From positions 384,001 through 448,000 of the forward strand of contig CAWKHF010000012.1 of NCBI GenBank assembly GCA_963849325.1: a stretch of 64,000 nt of DNA. Reading direction: 5' to 3'. The translations under genes were made by a program, and so were the position numbers. A model generated the notes under the pieces. That model had not been told where the DNA came from. It worked only from the letters and a program-made list of their open reading frames with translations, and ran no database searches. Of this stretch, positions 10,525 through 20,595 are shown piece after piece (within the stretch, counting starts at the first letter, position 1; the number at the start of each line of letters is the position of its first letter). This DNA is from an uncultured Planctomycetota bacterium (GTDB lineage Bacteria; Planctomycetota; Planctomycetia; Gemmatales; Gemmataceae).

Positions 10525-12335
10525 ATGGTCCAAACCTGTCCCCGTTGCCAGCGTGCCAACCCGCGCGAAGCGGTCTTACTGCTACTTCGACGGCATCGTG
10601 TTGCGAGCAGGGCGGCGTGGGAACGGCGTCGCCGTCCCAGCTGCCGCAGGAGTTCGTCTTTCCGTCGGGCCGGCGCTGCAAGACCTTCGACGAGCTGGTG
10701 CAGGGCTGCCAGTACGAATGGGAGGACGCCCGCCAGCTGCTGCACAACGGCGACTTCGCGCGCTATTTCGCCCACATCGGACCGGCACGACCTCGCGCGT
10801 GCCGCCCGGGAGAATCAGGACCAGGCCGACCCCGACATCGCCCTGCACAGCTTTCTCGGCCATCTGCCCGCCGGCCAGGTCCAGGGACCACGTCTCGACC
10901 TGAACCCGCGCCGCCTCATGCTCGGCGGCGTCCGCCCCGGCGAGCAGCGGCAAATCTCCGCTGACCGTCAGCAACCAGGGCAAGGGGCTGCTCCAGGGCA
11001 AGGTGACCGTCTCCGAGGGCGGGCAGTGGCTGAAGATCGTCGGGAGTGCCAGCCCGACGGAATGTGCCCTCAAGACGGCGCGGACGCAGCCGATCAACCT
11101 GCACGTCGATGCCCGCGGCCTGACGGCCCCGCAGACCTACAGCGGCAAACTGACGGTCATCACCAACGGCGGCATCGCCGAGGTGGCCGTGCGCCTCGAC
11201 GTGGTGAGCCTGCCGTTCGCGCAAGCCGCCGTTCCAGGGGGCGGCCAGTCCGCGGCAGATGGCCGAGCGCATGCGCGGCCATCCCAAGCAGGCGGTGCCG
11301 CTGCTGGAGAGCGGCGAGATCGCCCGCTGGTTCCAGGCCAACGGCTGGACCTATCCGGTGGCCGGCCAGCCGGCCAGGGCGTCGCCGCCGTGCAGCAGTT
11401 CTTCGAGGGCATGGGCCTGTCCAAGCCGCCGCCCTTGCAGCTGTCCGAGCACGAGCTTTCACTTCGTCTGCACGCCGCCCGAAGGTCATCCAGGCCAAGG
11501 TGACGCTGCGCACCACGCGCCAAGAAATGGGTCTACGCCCAGGCCGACACCGAACGGCCCTGGCTGCGCGTCACCACGCCCAACGTCAGCGGGCCGCAGC
11601 AAACGCAGATCGCCTTCGAGGTCGATTCGACCCTCCTGGACGCCGGCGGCTCGCATCAGGGCAACGTGCAGATCGTCGCCAACGCCGGGCAGAAGCTGGC
11701 GGTGCGCGTGCAGGTCGAGTGCCATCGGCCGCACGAGCCGTTCACGCGCCGTCGGCTGCGGCCGTTCTTCGTCGGGGCGCTGTTGGCCCTGCTGCTGCGG
11801 CTGCTGCTGACCGGGCCTGCCGACCTGTACGCCCGCGGCTGGGGCCAGTCCGGCGCGCCGCCTGGTCGCTGGCGCCGCTGGGTCTACACCACGGGCACCG
11901 AGAACAGCTTTCTTCGGCTGTTCGTGCTGGCGACCTGGTGGGTGGGCATCTTTCTCGGCGCGGCCCTGGTCTGGCGGCGCGGCGGCCGGCTGACCGACGT
12001 GGGCTGCGGCGCCGTCGCCGGCGCCTTCGCCGGCGTCCTCGGCTCGGCCACGCTCGGCTGTCTGCTGCTGGTCTTCGACGCCGTGCCGCGGCGCCTTGCT
12101 CAGCCGTCTCGCGGCCCGATCATGCCTTCGCCGCCGCGCCGGCTTCTGGATGCTGTTGTGGATGGTGCTGGCCTCGGCTGTGCTGGGCGGTCCTGGGCGG
12201 CGGGGCCGGCTTTCTGCTGTCGGGACTGGGCCAGCGCGGGCTGCGCTGGCTCAGTGCCGCGGCCGGGCCCCTCGCCTGGCTGTTCCGCTGTGCGGCTTCG
12301 AGCGCGCCGCCTCGTTTTTCGTCCTGCAAGGATGA
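10525..12335 (+). CDS. Zn-ribbon + helical + Ig/BACON-like repeat membrane protein (frameshifted; paralogue of 15116..17796)
   Basis: MVQTCPRCQRANP..YCYFDG; FVFPSGRRCKTFDEL; LTVSNQGKGLLQGKV; WFQANGWTYPV; AVQQFFE; C-terminal TM helices. Confidence 0.72.
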
Positions 12336-12613
12336 CGACAGGCGGCCGCTTGCGGCTTCAATTTTGCGTTTCTCGGCAGGAACTGCTACAGCCAGGCAAG
12401 ACAGGACTCTGGTCCAGAGAAAGCTCGAAAACCGACCTGTTGCCGGCGCCGTTCTGGTATGTTAAAAATGGTCTGTTTCCACCTGCTCTCGTCCGGAAGG
12501 ACCTTGGCGATCGGCGGTAGTTGAACGTCCGTGCTTCGCCTCCCGGTCTGGTTGGATTCCAGAAGGCGGATTCCTCGGGTTCGTCTGCCCTTGTTCCAGG
12601 ACACCACACCACC

Positions 12614-13919
12614 ATGACGTCACCATCCTCGCAAGCCAAGATCCACATCGAGCGCATGATGTACCGCAGCAGCATCGCCGTGGCGGGCGAGTCGGCGGCC
12701 AGCTACGCCCTCGTCAAGCTCATCCCCGCCGGCGGCGGGGCCAGCAAGCCGCTCGACCTCAACCTGGCCCTGGTCCTCGACGTCAGCGGCTCGATGTACG
12801 AGGAAGACGGCACCGGCATCAGCCGCCTCAAGCGCATCCAGGACGCCGCCATCGCCGCCATCGAGCAAGCTCAAGGCCGACGACACCCTCGCCATCGTCG
12901 CCTTCGCCCACAACGCCCAGGTCGTCCTGCCGCCGACCAGCGTTGTCCGAGAAGGCCAAGATCGAGGACGTCATCCGCAAGATCGACATGTTCGACGTCG
13001 ATCCGGGCGGCACGGCCATGGACCAGGGCATCGAGCTGGGCATGGGCGAGGTCGAGAAGCACGCTCGGCGCCGGGCAAGCTGTCGCAGCTGGTCGTGCTG
13101 ACCGACGGCGAGACCTCCGGCGAGCAGACCTGCCGGCAGCTGGCCGAGCAGGCCGGCCAGAAGAAGATCCGCTTCAACGTCATCGGCGTCGGCACCGAGT
13201 GGAACCAGAGCCTCATCAAGGACCTGGCCAAGCTGGCCGAGGGCGAATGGGGCTACATCGACGTCAACGACGCCTCGGCCGCCGAGCGCGTCTTCGTCGC
13301 AGCAGTTCGAGGCGCTGGCCGCCGCCGGCTTCCTCAACGTCGAGATGCACCTGCGAGCCATGAAGGACATCAAGATCAAGCGCGTCCGCCAGGTCGTGCC
13401 GGAGATCAAGGAGCTGCCGACCAACGAGCCGGAGGAGCGCCACCTGGTCGCCGCCCTGGGCACGCTGGAGCGCGACAAGCCGACTCGCTACATCCTCGAC
13501 CTGAGCCTGCCGAAGCGGCCCGACGGCAAGTTCCGCATCGCCGACATCGAGATCACCTTCGACCCCGGCACCGGCAAGCGCGAGACGACCGGGCCGTATC
13601 CGCTGGAGGTGACGTACACGTCGGCCGGGCAGGGCTACGTCAACGCCGAGGTGGCCCGGCACATCGACGAGGTGCAGATCTTCGAGCTGAACAAGAACCT
13701 GCAACAGGCCATCGCCGACGCAACAACCAGGCCGAGGTCCAGCGGGTGGCCCAGAGCATCGAGAAGAAGGGCGAGGTGATGGGGCCGCGCGCCGCCAAGA
13801 AGACGATGCTGGCCAAGCAGGTGTTGCAGGAGCTGAACGTCGGCGGCCGCGTCTCCAAGAAGACGCAGCTGGCCATGGACGACATGACGCGGGCCGTCGA
13901 GGAAACGCCGCCCGGATAA
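12614..13919 (+). CDS. von Willebrand factor A domain protein (frameshifted)
   Basis: LNLALVLDVSGSM (MIDAS DxSxS), GGTAM, VLTDG, followed by a beta-rich domain and helical tail. Confidence 0.85.
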
Positions 13920-13920
13920 A

Positions 13921-14033
13921 TCAGTTGTCAGTTGTCGCGTTGTCAGTTGTCAGTTAAAGAAGGCACTCCATTTACTGACAACTGACAACGGACAGACTGA
14001 CAACTGCGGACGACAATTGACAACTGACAACTG
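13921..14033. repeat. Inverted arrays of heptamer TCAGTTG / CAACTGA
   Basis: About 5 TCAGTTG-like units followed by about 8 (CAA)CTGACAA-like units; intergenic. Confidence 0.85.
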
Positions 14034-14044
14034 AGGTTTCCATC

Positions 14045-14862
14045 ATGCTGAAGTGTCCTTTTTGCCATTTCAACAACGAGGACGGCGCGCTGTTCTGCGA
14101 GCAGTGCAAGTCCGACCTGGCCGGCGCCGTCGCCACCGCCGCGTCCGCGCCCACGCCGAGGCGATCCCGATGCGAAGCCATCCCCAGCGCCGCCCCGATC
14201 GCTCGTGGAAGCGATAGCGGAACCGTTGTCGGCCGATGCCTTACGAGGCCATCCCGCTGGCCTCCGCCGAAACGCTGCCTCTGGAGGCGCAACCTCTGGA
14301 GGCGGAACCGCTGCCGGCCGTGCCGATGGCCCTGGAGCCGACCGCAACGCCGGAAGCTCACCCCGTCGAGGCGCAGCCGGTCGAGGCGCATCCGGTCGCC
14401 GAGGCGCACCCCGTCGCAACCGCCGCCCCCGCCACCCGCTCCGGCTCCGGCCGCGCCTGCTGGCCGCCGGCCCCATCGGCTCCGCCCCGCAGCCTCGGCA
14501 CCGGCCGCGCCCTGCCGCGCCGCCGTTCTGCCTCCGGGCGCCCAGCCCGCGTTTGCTCGTCCTGCGCGGTCAGAAACGCAACGTCGAGTACCCCGTCTAC
14601 GAGGGACTCAACTTCATCGGCCGCGCCGACGAGAAGCCGGTGGACATCGACCTGGAAGACCAGGAGCCGCCCGATCGCATCTGGTGCTCGCGCCAGCACG
14701 CCTGCCTCAGCTTCGAGAACAACGAGCTGTATCGTCGAAGACCTCAACAGCGCCAACGGCACCTACGTCAACCGGACGCGCATCTACCCCGGACAGAAGC
14801 GAGCGCTGGCCCCCAGCGACATCATCCAGATCGGCAACGTCCAGATGAAGGTCGTCGTCTGA
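14045..14862 (+). CDS. Zn-ribbon + Pro/Ala/Glu linker + FHA domain protein (frameshifted)
   Basis: CPFC...FCEQC; FHA motifs IGRAD, SRQHA, EDLNSANGTYVN, DIIQIG. Confidence 0.85.
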
Positions 14863-14888
14863 GACACGTCCCGCCCGAGCGTTGTCTC

Positions 14889-14956
14889 GTTTCGCCGCGA
14901 CGCCGCAGCGGAAGCGCGTGAGCCTTGCCCGCGCTCCGCTGCGCGTCGCGGCTAAC
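14889..14956. repeat. REP-like palindrome, family A
   Basis: Slightly degenerate copy. Confidence 0.8.
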
Positions 14957-14988
14957 ACGGTGACAGCATCGCCCGCCCGTCTACATGG

Positions 14989-15017
14989 TTGAACGTCCGT
15001 TTCGACCGTGCCATAAT
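14989..15017 (+). promoter_or_regulatory. Putative internal sigma70 promoter
   Basis: TTGAAC-17 nt-CATAAT with TGn extension, about 100 nt upstream of ATG 15116. Confidence 0.45.
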
Positions 15018-15115
15018 CAACGGAATGAATCGCTTCCTTCGATCGAGAAGTCCGGCGGGGTGACGCGGTGCGGCCCCGGTCGCACGACCGGGACCCTAGT
15101 GCATCGGACAACGTC

Positions 15116-17796
15116 ATGGTTCAGACATGCAGCAAGTGTTCGCGGGCCAATCCGGGCGATGCCGTCTACTGCTACTTCGACGGCTTCGTCCTGGGCGGCC
15201 ATTCGCGGAACGGCGGGCCCGCTCGCCGTCGGCGCGCAGGCGTTCGCCCATCCGTTCGTCTTTCCCGGCGGCCGGCAGTGCCGCAGCTTCGACGAGCTGG
15301 CCCTGGCCTGTCAGGAGGACTGGACCGCCGCCCGCGACCTGCTCAAGCAAGGCTACCTGGAGAGCTTCTTCGGCGGCCTGGGCCGCGTCGATCTCGCCCT
15401 GGCCGCCAAGGAGGCCGCCAAGTTCCCCGACCCCGACCGCGGACTCGATCAACTGCTGGAAAAGCTGCCCAGCGACGTCCTCGCCGAGCCGCGCCTGGGC
15501 CTGGAGACGCAGGAGGTCAACCTCGGCGTCCTGGAGGTCGGCGCCGAGCGCGCAGTTCCAGCTGCACCTGGAAAACCAGGGCATGCGGCTGCTCTACGGC
15601 ACCATCACCAGCGCCGACGGCAACTGGCTGGCCCTGGGCGACGCCGCCGCCAACGAGAAGCACTTCCAGTTCCAGCACGAAACGTCCATCTCCGATCCGC
15701 GTCCGCCCCGATAAGCTCCGCGCCAACACCAAGCCGCTGGAAGCGACACCTGGTGGTCGAGTCCAACGGCGGCTCGTTCATCGTCGTGGTCACGGCCGCA
15801 GGTGCCGGTCAAGCCGTTTCCGTCCGGCGCCCTGGCCGGCGCCAAGAGTCCGCGTCAGGTCGCCGAGAAGGCCAAGGCCAACCCCAAGGAGGCCGCCGCC
15901 CTGTTCGAGAACGGCGCGGTCGCCGAGTGGTACAAGTCCAACGGCTGGACCTACCCGGTTCAGGGTCCGTCCGCGTCCGGCCTCGGCGCCGTGCAGCAGT
16001 TCTTCGAGGCGCTCGGCCTGACGCCGCCGCCCAAGGTCGAGATCAGCACCAACCGCATCGACCTGAGCGGCAGTCCCGGCGATCAGCTCCGCTCCACCTC
16101 GAGGTCAAGACGCAGGAGAAGCGGCCCGTCTACGCCCACGCCACCAGCAATCAGCCCTGGCTGGAGGTCAGCCGGGCCAAGCTCAACGGCCGCGTCGCCA
16201 CCATCAACCTGTCGGTGCCGTCGGTGCCCAACCGCCAGGGCGAGACGCTGACGGCCAAGCTGACCGTGCAGTCCAACGGCAATCAGCGCTTCGTCGTGCC
16301 GGTGACGCTGCAAGTCGAGCAGCAATCTCGTCTTCGGCGACCGGCCGGCGCCGACGCCGGTCACGTCGAAGCTGGTAACGACAACGCCGGCGGCACCGTC
16401 CCGGTCATCCGTGCCGCCGCGTCGTCGCCCCTTCACGCGGGCTGCCGGCGAGTCTCGTCGTCGTCGCCCGAAGGACAAGCCGGCCTGGATGCACCTGCTG
16501 CCGGCCTTTCTGCTGCTGTTCGCCCTGATCCTCGCCGTGGTCATCGATCGCCTCCTGCCCAAGCCAGCCCGGCATCCGCGACGAATAATGACGACCTCGA
16601 TGCGCGCACCGAGTCGTCGCGGCGAACCCTGGACCTACGCCACGGCACGCTCAAGGACCCCGAGCCGCTGATCAGCGTGCATCTGCGATTCCGAGACATG
16701 CGGTTCGGCCTGGAGATGACCAAGGAGAAGGATCCCAACCCCGAAAACGCGGACAAGTTCAAGAGGCTGACCTACGAGGAACCCGGCAAAAGCAACAACA
16801 CCATCATCAAGATCGACGGCGACGAATACTACTTCGGCCGAGACCACGCCGAGCAACGTTGGGCTGGCCGGCGGGGCGAGATGAAGCAGAAGCCGCTCCC
16901 TCACGGTCGCAAGGCTGGACCTCGACGATGGATTTCACCGGCGAGAAGGTGCGAAGTCACGCAGCACGTCGAGATCGTGCCCGGCCAATCGGGCTACCTC
17001 GATACGCTGCCTGGTCTACTACACCATCCGCAACCAGGACGACGGGCAAGCACAAGGTCGGCATCCGCGTCATGCTGGACACCTACATCGGCGCCAACGA
17101 CGGCGTGCCGTTCACCATCCCCGGCAAGAAGGGGTTCGTCGATACCCGGGCCGACTTCGACGAGGAAGCAGATCCCCGATTACATCGAGGTCATCGAGAA
17201 GCCGGACGATCCCAAGAACCCCGGCACCGTGGCCCGCATGGGGCTGCGCAACATCAATCTGCCCGGCATCGAGCTGGAGCCGCTGGAGAAGTTGCGCATC
17301 TGCCGCTGGCCCGGCAACCGACGGCGCGTTGGGAGTTGGAGCCGATCCGAGTCCATGAAGACGCGCGAGCGCGAGGACAAGGCCGATTCCTGCGTGGTCC
17401 TGTACTGGCCTTACGAGAGCATGAATCCAGGGAGCACGCGCGACGTGGCCTTCACCTATGGCCTGGGCGCTGGACGTCGGCAGCGGCGGCCGGCACCGTC
17501 GCTGGCCCTGAGCGTACCGGCGTCCGTGCCAGCCGGACAACGATTTCGTGGTCACCGCCTACGTCTGGAACGCCAGCAAGGGCGACAAGGTGAAGCTGGA
17601 ACTGCCGGCGGGCTTGAAGCTGGCCAACGGACGAAAGCGACGAGAAGACCATCGAGGAGGGCGGCGCGCGCAGCCAGGTGTTCTGGCATGTGCGCAGCGG
17701 CAAGGCCGGCACGTTACACGCTGCAACGCCGCCTCGGGCAAGGCCAAGGCCAAGCCGAAACAGGTGGTGGTCAAGACGACGAGTATTTTTGGTTAG
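15116..17796 (+). CDS. Zn-ribbon + helical + Ig/BACON-like protein with single TM and large C-terminal beta domain (frameshifted)
   Basis: MVQTCSKCSRANPGDAVYCYFDG; FVFPGGRQCRSFDEL; WYKSNGWTYPV; AVQQFFE; TM LLPAFLLLFALILAVVI; VGIRVMLDTYIGANDGVPF. Confidence 0.72.
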
Positions 17797-17804
17797 GAGG
17801 CGCC

Positions 17805-18002
17805 ATGAAATATACCGTCGTGATCGAAAAGTCGGACGAGGGGTTCGCCGTCTCCGTCCCCGGGCTGCCGGGATGCCATTCGCAGGGAGACACGGAGGCC
17901 GAGGCGCTGGCGAACATCGCGGACGCCATCCGCGAGTATCTGGAAGTAGTTCAGGAATTAGCTCAATCGGTGGGGGCCAAACACGCCGAAGTCGAGGTGT
18001 AG
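17805..18002 (+). CDS. hicB: HicB-family antitoxin (orphan)
   Basis: MKYTVVIEKSDEGFAVSVPGLPGCHSQGDTEAEALANIADAI is the typical HicB N-terminal pattern; AGGAGG RBS. Confidence 0.85.
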   Translation: MKYTVVIEKSDEGFAVSVPGLPGCHSQGDTEAEALANIADAIREYLEVVQELAQSVGAKHAEVEV

Positions 18003-18030
18003 TTATGCCCAGGTTTTCGGAGTGCGACGG

Positions 18031-18930
18031 ATGTCGTTCAAGCTGTTCATCTACTACTGTGCCCTGTGCGGCGGCTGGGCGGCCTTCCTGAGCTGGGGCG
18101 TCGCTCAGGGCAGCGGGTCATGCGCGACATCCAATCGGCCTACGTCCGGGCCGCCCTGATCGCCGCCGTCCTCGGCCTGCTGGTCGCCGGCGGCATCGGC
18201 CTGGTGGACGCCCTCCTCAACGCCGTCGGCGTCCAGCGCCTGCATCCGCGTCCTCGTCTGCGTCGGGCGTCGGCCTGATCGGCGGCCTGTTCGGCGGGCT
18301 CATCGGCCAGGTGCTCAACTCCATCCTCCGCGTTCCCTTCTTCGTCGGCTGGATTCTCGCGGGCGTCTGCATCGGCGCTTCCCTCGGCGTCTACGATCTG
18401 CTGCGCGGCCGTGAAGACCAAGGGCGACATGCGCGTCGCCGCTCGAAGAAGACGCTCAACGGCATCTACGGCGGCTTCCTCGGCGGCTTGCTCGGCGGCA
18501 TCCTGTTCGGCCTGCTCGACTCCGCAACCCGTACATCCCGCGCACCGACCTGGCGATCGGCCTGGTGATCCTCGGCCTGTGCATCGGCCTGCTGGTCGGC
18601 CTGGCCCAGGTGATCCTCAAGGAAGCGTGGATCAAGGTCGAGCGGGCTTCCGCGCCGGCCGCGAGCTGATGCTGTCCAAGGACGAAACGACCATCGGCCG
18701 GGCCGAGAGCTGCGACCTCGGCCTGTTCGGCGACAACACCATCGAGCAGCTTGCACGCCCGCATTCTGCTGAAGAACAACCGCTACCTGCTCGCCGACGC
18801 GGACACGCCCGGCGGCACGTACCTCAACGACGAGCGCGATCGAGCAAACCCACGCCGCTTGAAGTCCGGCGACTCGATCCGCGTGGGCAACAGTGTCCTC
18901 GAGTTCGGCGAGAGACAGAAACGAAAATAA
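18031..18930 (+). CDS. Gly-rich multi-pass membrane protein with C-terminal FHA domain (frameshifted; paralogue of 9532..10472)
   Basis: MSFKLFIYYCALCGGWAAFL...; GRELMLSKDETTIGRAESCDLGLFGD; GGTYLN; SGDSIRVG. Confidence 0.78.
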
Positions 18931-18983
18931 GTTCAGCCGCGACGCGCAGCGGAGACGCGCTCCGCTGCGCGTCGCGGCTAAAC
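18931..18983. repeat. REP-like palindrome, family A
   Basis: Inverted repeat immediately after the stop codon. Confidence 0.9.
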
Positions 18984-19002
18984 GAGAATCAGGATTGACC
19001 CC

Positions 19003-20479
19003 ATGCCGCTAGTGATCCGCTGTCCGCACTGCCAGAAACCGATGCAGCTGGCCGACAACTCGGCCGGCAAGCAGTTCCGCTGTCCGAACTGCCAGAAGCC
19101 GTTCACGGTCGGCGGCGCGCCAGCCGGCCGCCGCCGGCGCCGCGGCGGTCGGCGGCGGCGGCGCGGCCGTGGCCACCCGTCCCGCGGCCCCGCCGCGCCT
19201 CGCCGCCGCCTCGGCCGCCCTCCGACGCCCGACGTGCACCGTCTCGCCCGGCAAGCCCGCCGCCGCGCCCGCCGACGCCGACGGAGTGCCCCGCCTGCAA
19301 GGCGCCCCTGCTGCCCGGCGCCATCGCCTGCATGGACTGCGGCTACCTGATCCAGCCGGAGACGACCGCCGCCGAGACGGAGGGCGCGCCCAACCTCTGC
19401 CCCAACCCCGCCTGCGGCGTCGCCAACCCGCCCGGCGAACGCAACTGCCAGCGCTGCGGCACCGCCGCTGCCGACCGCGCCCGGCACCATCCTGCACGGC
19501 CGCTACAAGATCGAGCAAGCTCCTGGCGATGGGCGGCTTCGGCGCCGTCTACCTGGCCACCGACACCAAGAACGGCAACCGGCCGGTCGCCATCAAGGAC
19601 ATGATCTGCGCCGACCCGCAGGAGTTCGCCATCCGCCTGAACTTCTTCCGCCGCGAGGCCGAGATCCTCCGCTCGCTGGAGAGCATCCCCATCGTGCCGC
19701 GCGTCTACGACCTCATCGAGCAGGGCCAGACGCGCCCACCTCGTCCTGGAATTCATCCGCGGCCAGGACCTGCTCAAGCTCATGGAGGCCAACAACAACA
19801 AGCCGTTCCCGACTCGACCAGGTCATCGAGTGGGGCAAGAGCATCTGCGACGTGCTGACGCACATGCACACGCAGTCGCCGCCGCTGGTCCACCGCGACC
19901 TCAAGCCCGACAACATCATGCTGCTGGAGGACCAGCGCATCGATCAAGATGATCGACTTCGGCACCGCCCGCGACCTGGGCCGCACCGCCAAGGAGAAGA
20001 TGGCGGCCAAGACGCGCGTCTACACCGAGGGCTACGCCCCGCCGGAGCAGATCGTCGGCAAGCCGGAGCCGCGCAGCGACCTGTTCGCCCTGGCCGGGAC
20101 GATGTATCATCTGGCGACCGGCAAGGCGCCGGAGGGCTTCTACACCGCCCGCGAGCTGGAGACGCAGCTGGACGATCCGAACGGCCCGATCCCGGCCGAG
20201 CAGCGCTGGTTCTACGAGCTGATCAAGCATCAACCTGGCCGAGGACGTCAACGACCGCTACTTCTCGGCCCGCGAGATCAAGGCCGACCTGGACCAGCAG
20301 CCGCGTCACCAAGGAGGTGGCCTGCCCGAAGTGCCAGCACGACCAACAAGGTGCGCGAGCCGTACTGCTCCAAGTGCGCCGAGCCGCTGACCGACCCGAC
20401 GCCGCCCTGCTACCACTGCGGCAAGACCAACCGCATGGGCAGCCGCTGCTGCATCCACTGCGGCAACCGTCTTCGTTAA
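19003..20479 (+). CDS. Hanks-type Ser/Thr protein kinase with multiple N- and C-terminal Zn ribbons (frameshifted)
   Basis: GGFGAVY, VAIK, HRDLKPDN, DFG, YAPPE, SDLF all intact; CxxC pairs at both ends. Confidence 0.9.
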
Positions 20480-20503
20480 TGCGTGTTTGACAGGCTGTAG
20501 GCT

Positions 20504-20575
20504 GTAGGGTGGGCCGAGTGCAACGAGGCCCACCGGCGTGGCGTGGTGGGCCTCGTTGCACTCGGCCCACCCTAC
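20504..20575. repeat. GTAG-type REP doublet
   Basis: GTAGGGTGGGCCGAGTGCAACGAGGCCCACC and its reverse complement. Confidence 0.9.
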
Positions 20576-20595
20576 GAGCTACGAGCTAGACGGAT

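Noticed and set aside
14985-18002. 1005-aa ORF fusing a large protein to HicB
   Set aside because: The frame passes through out-of-frame segments of the upstream gene; hicB has its own RBS and ATG at 17805.
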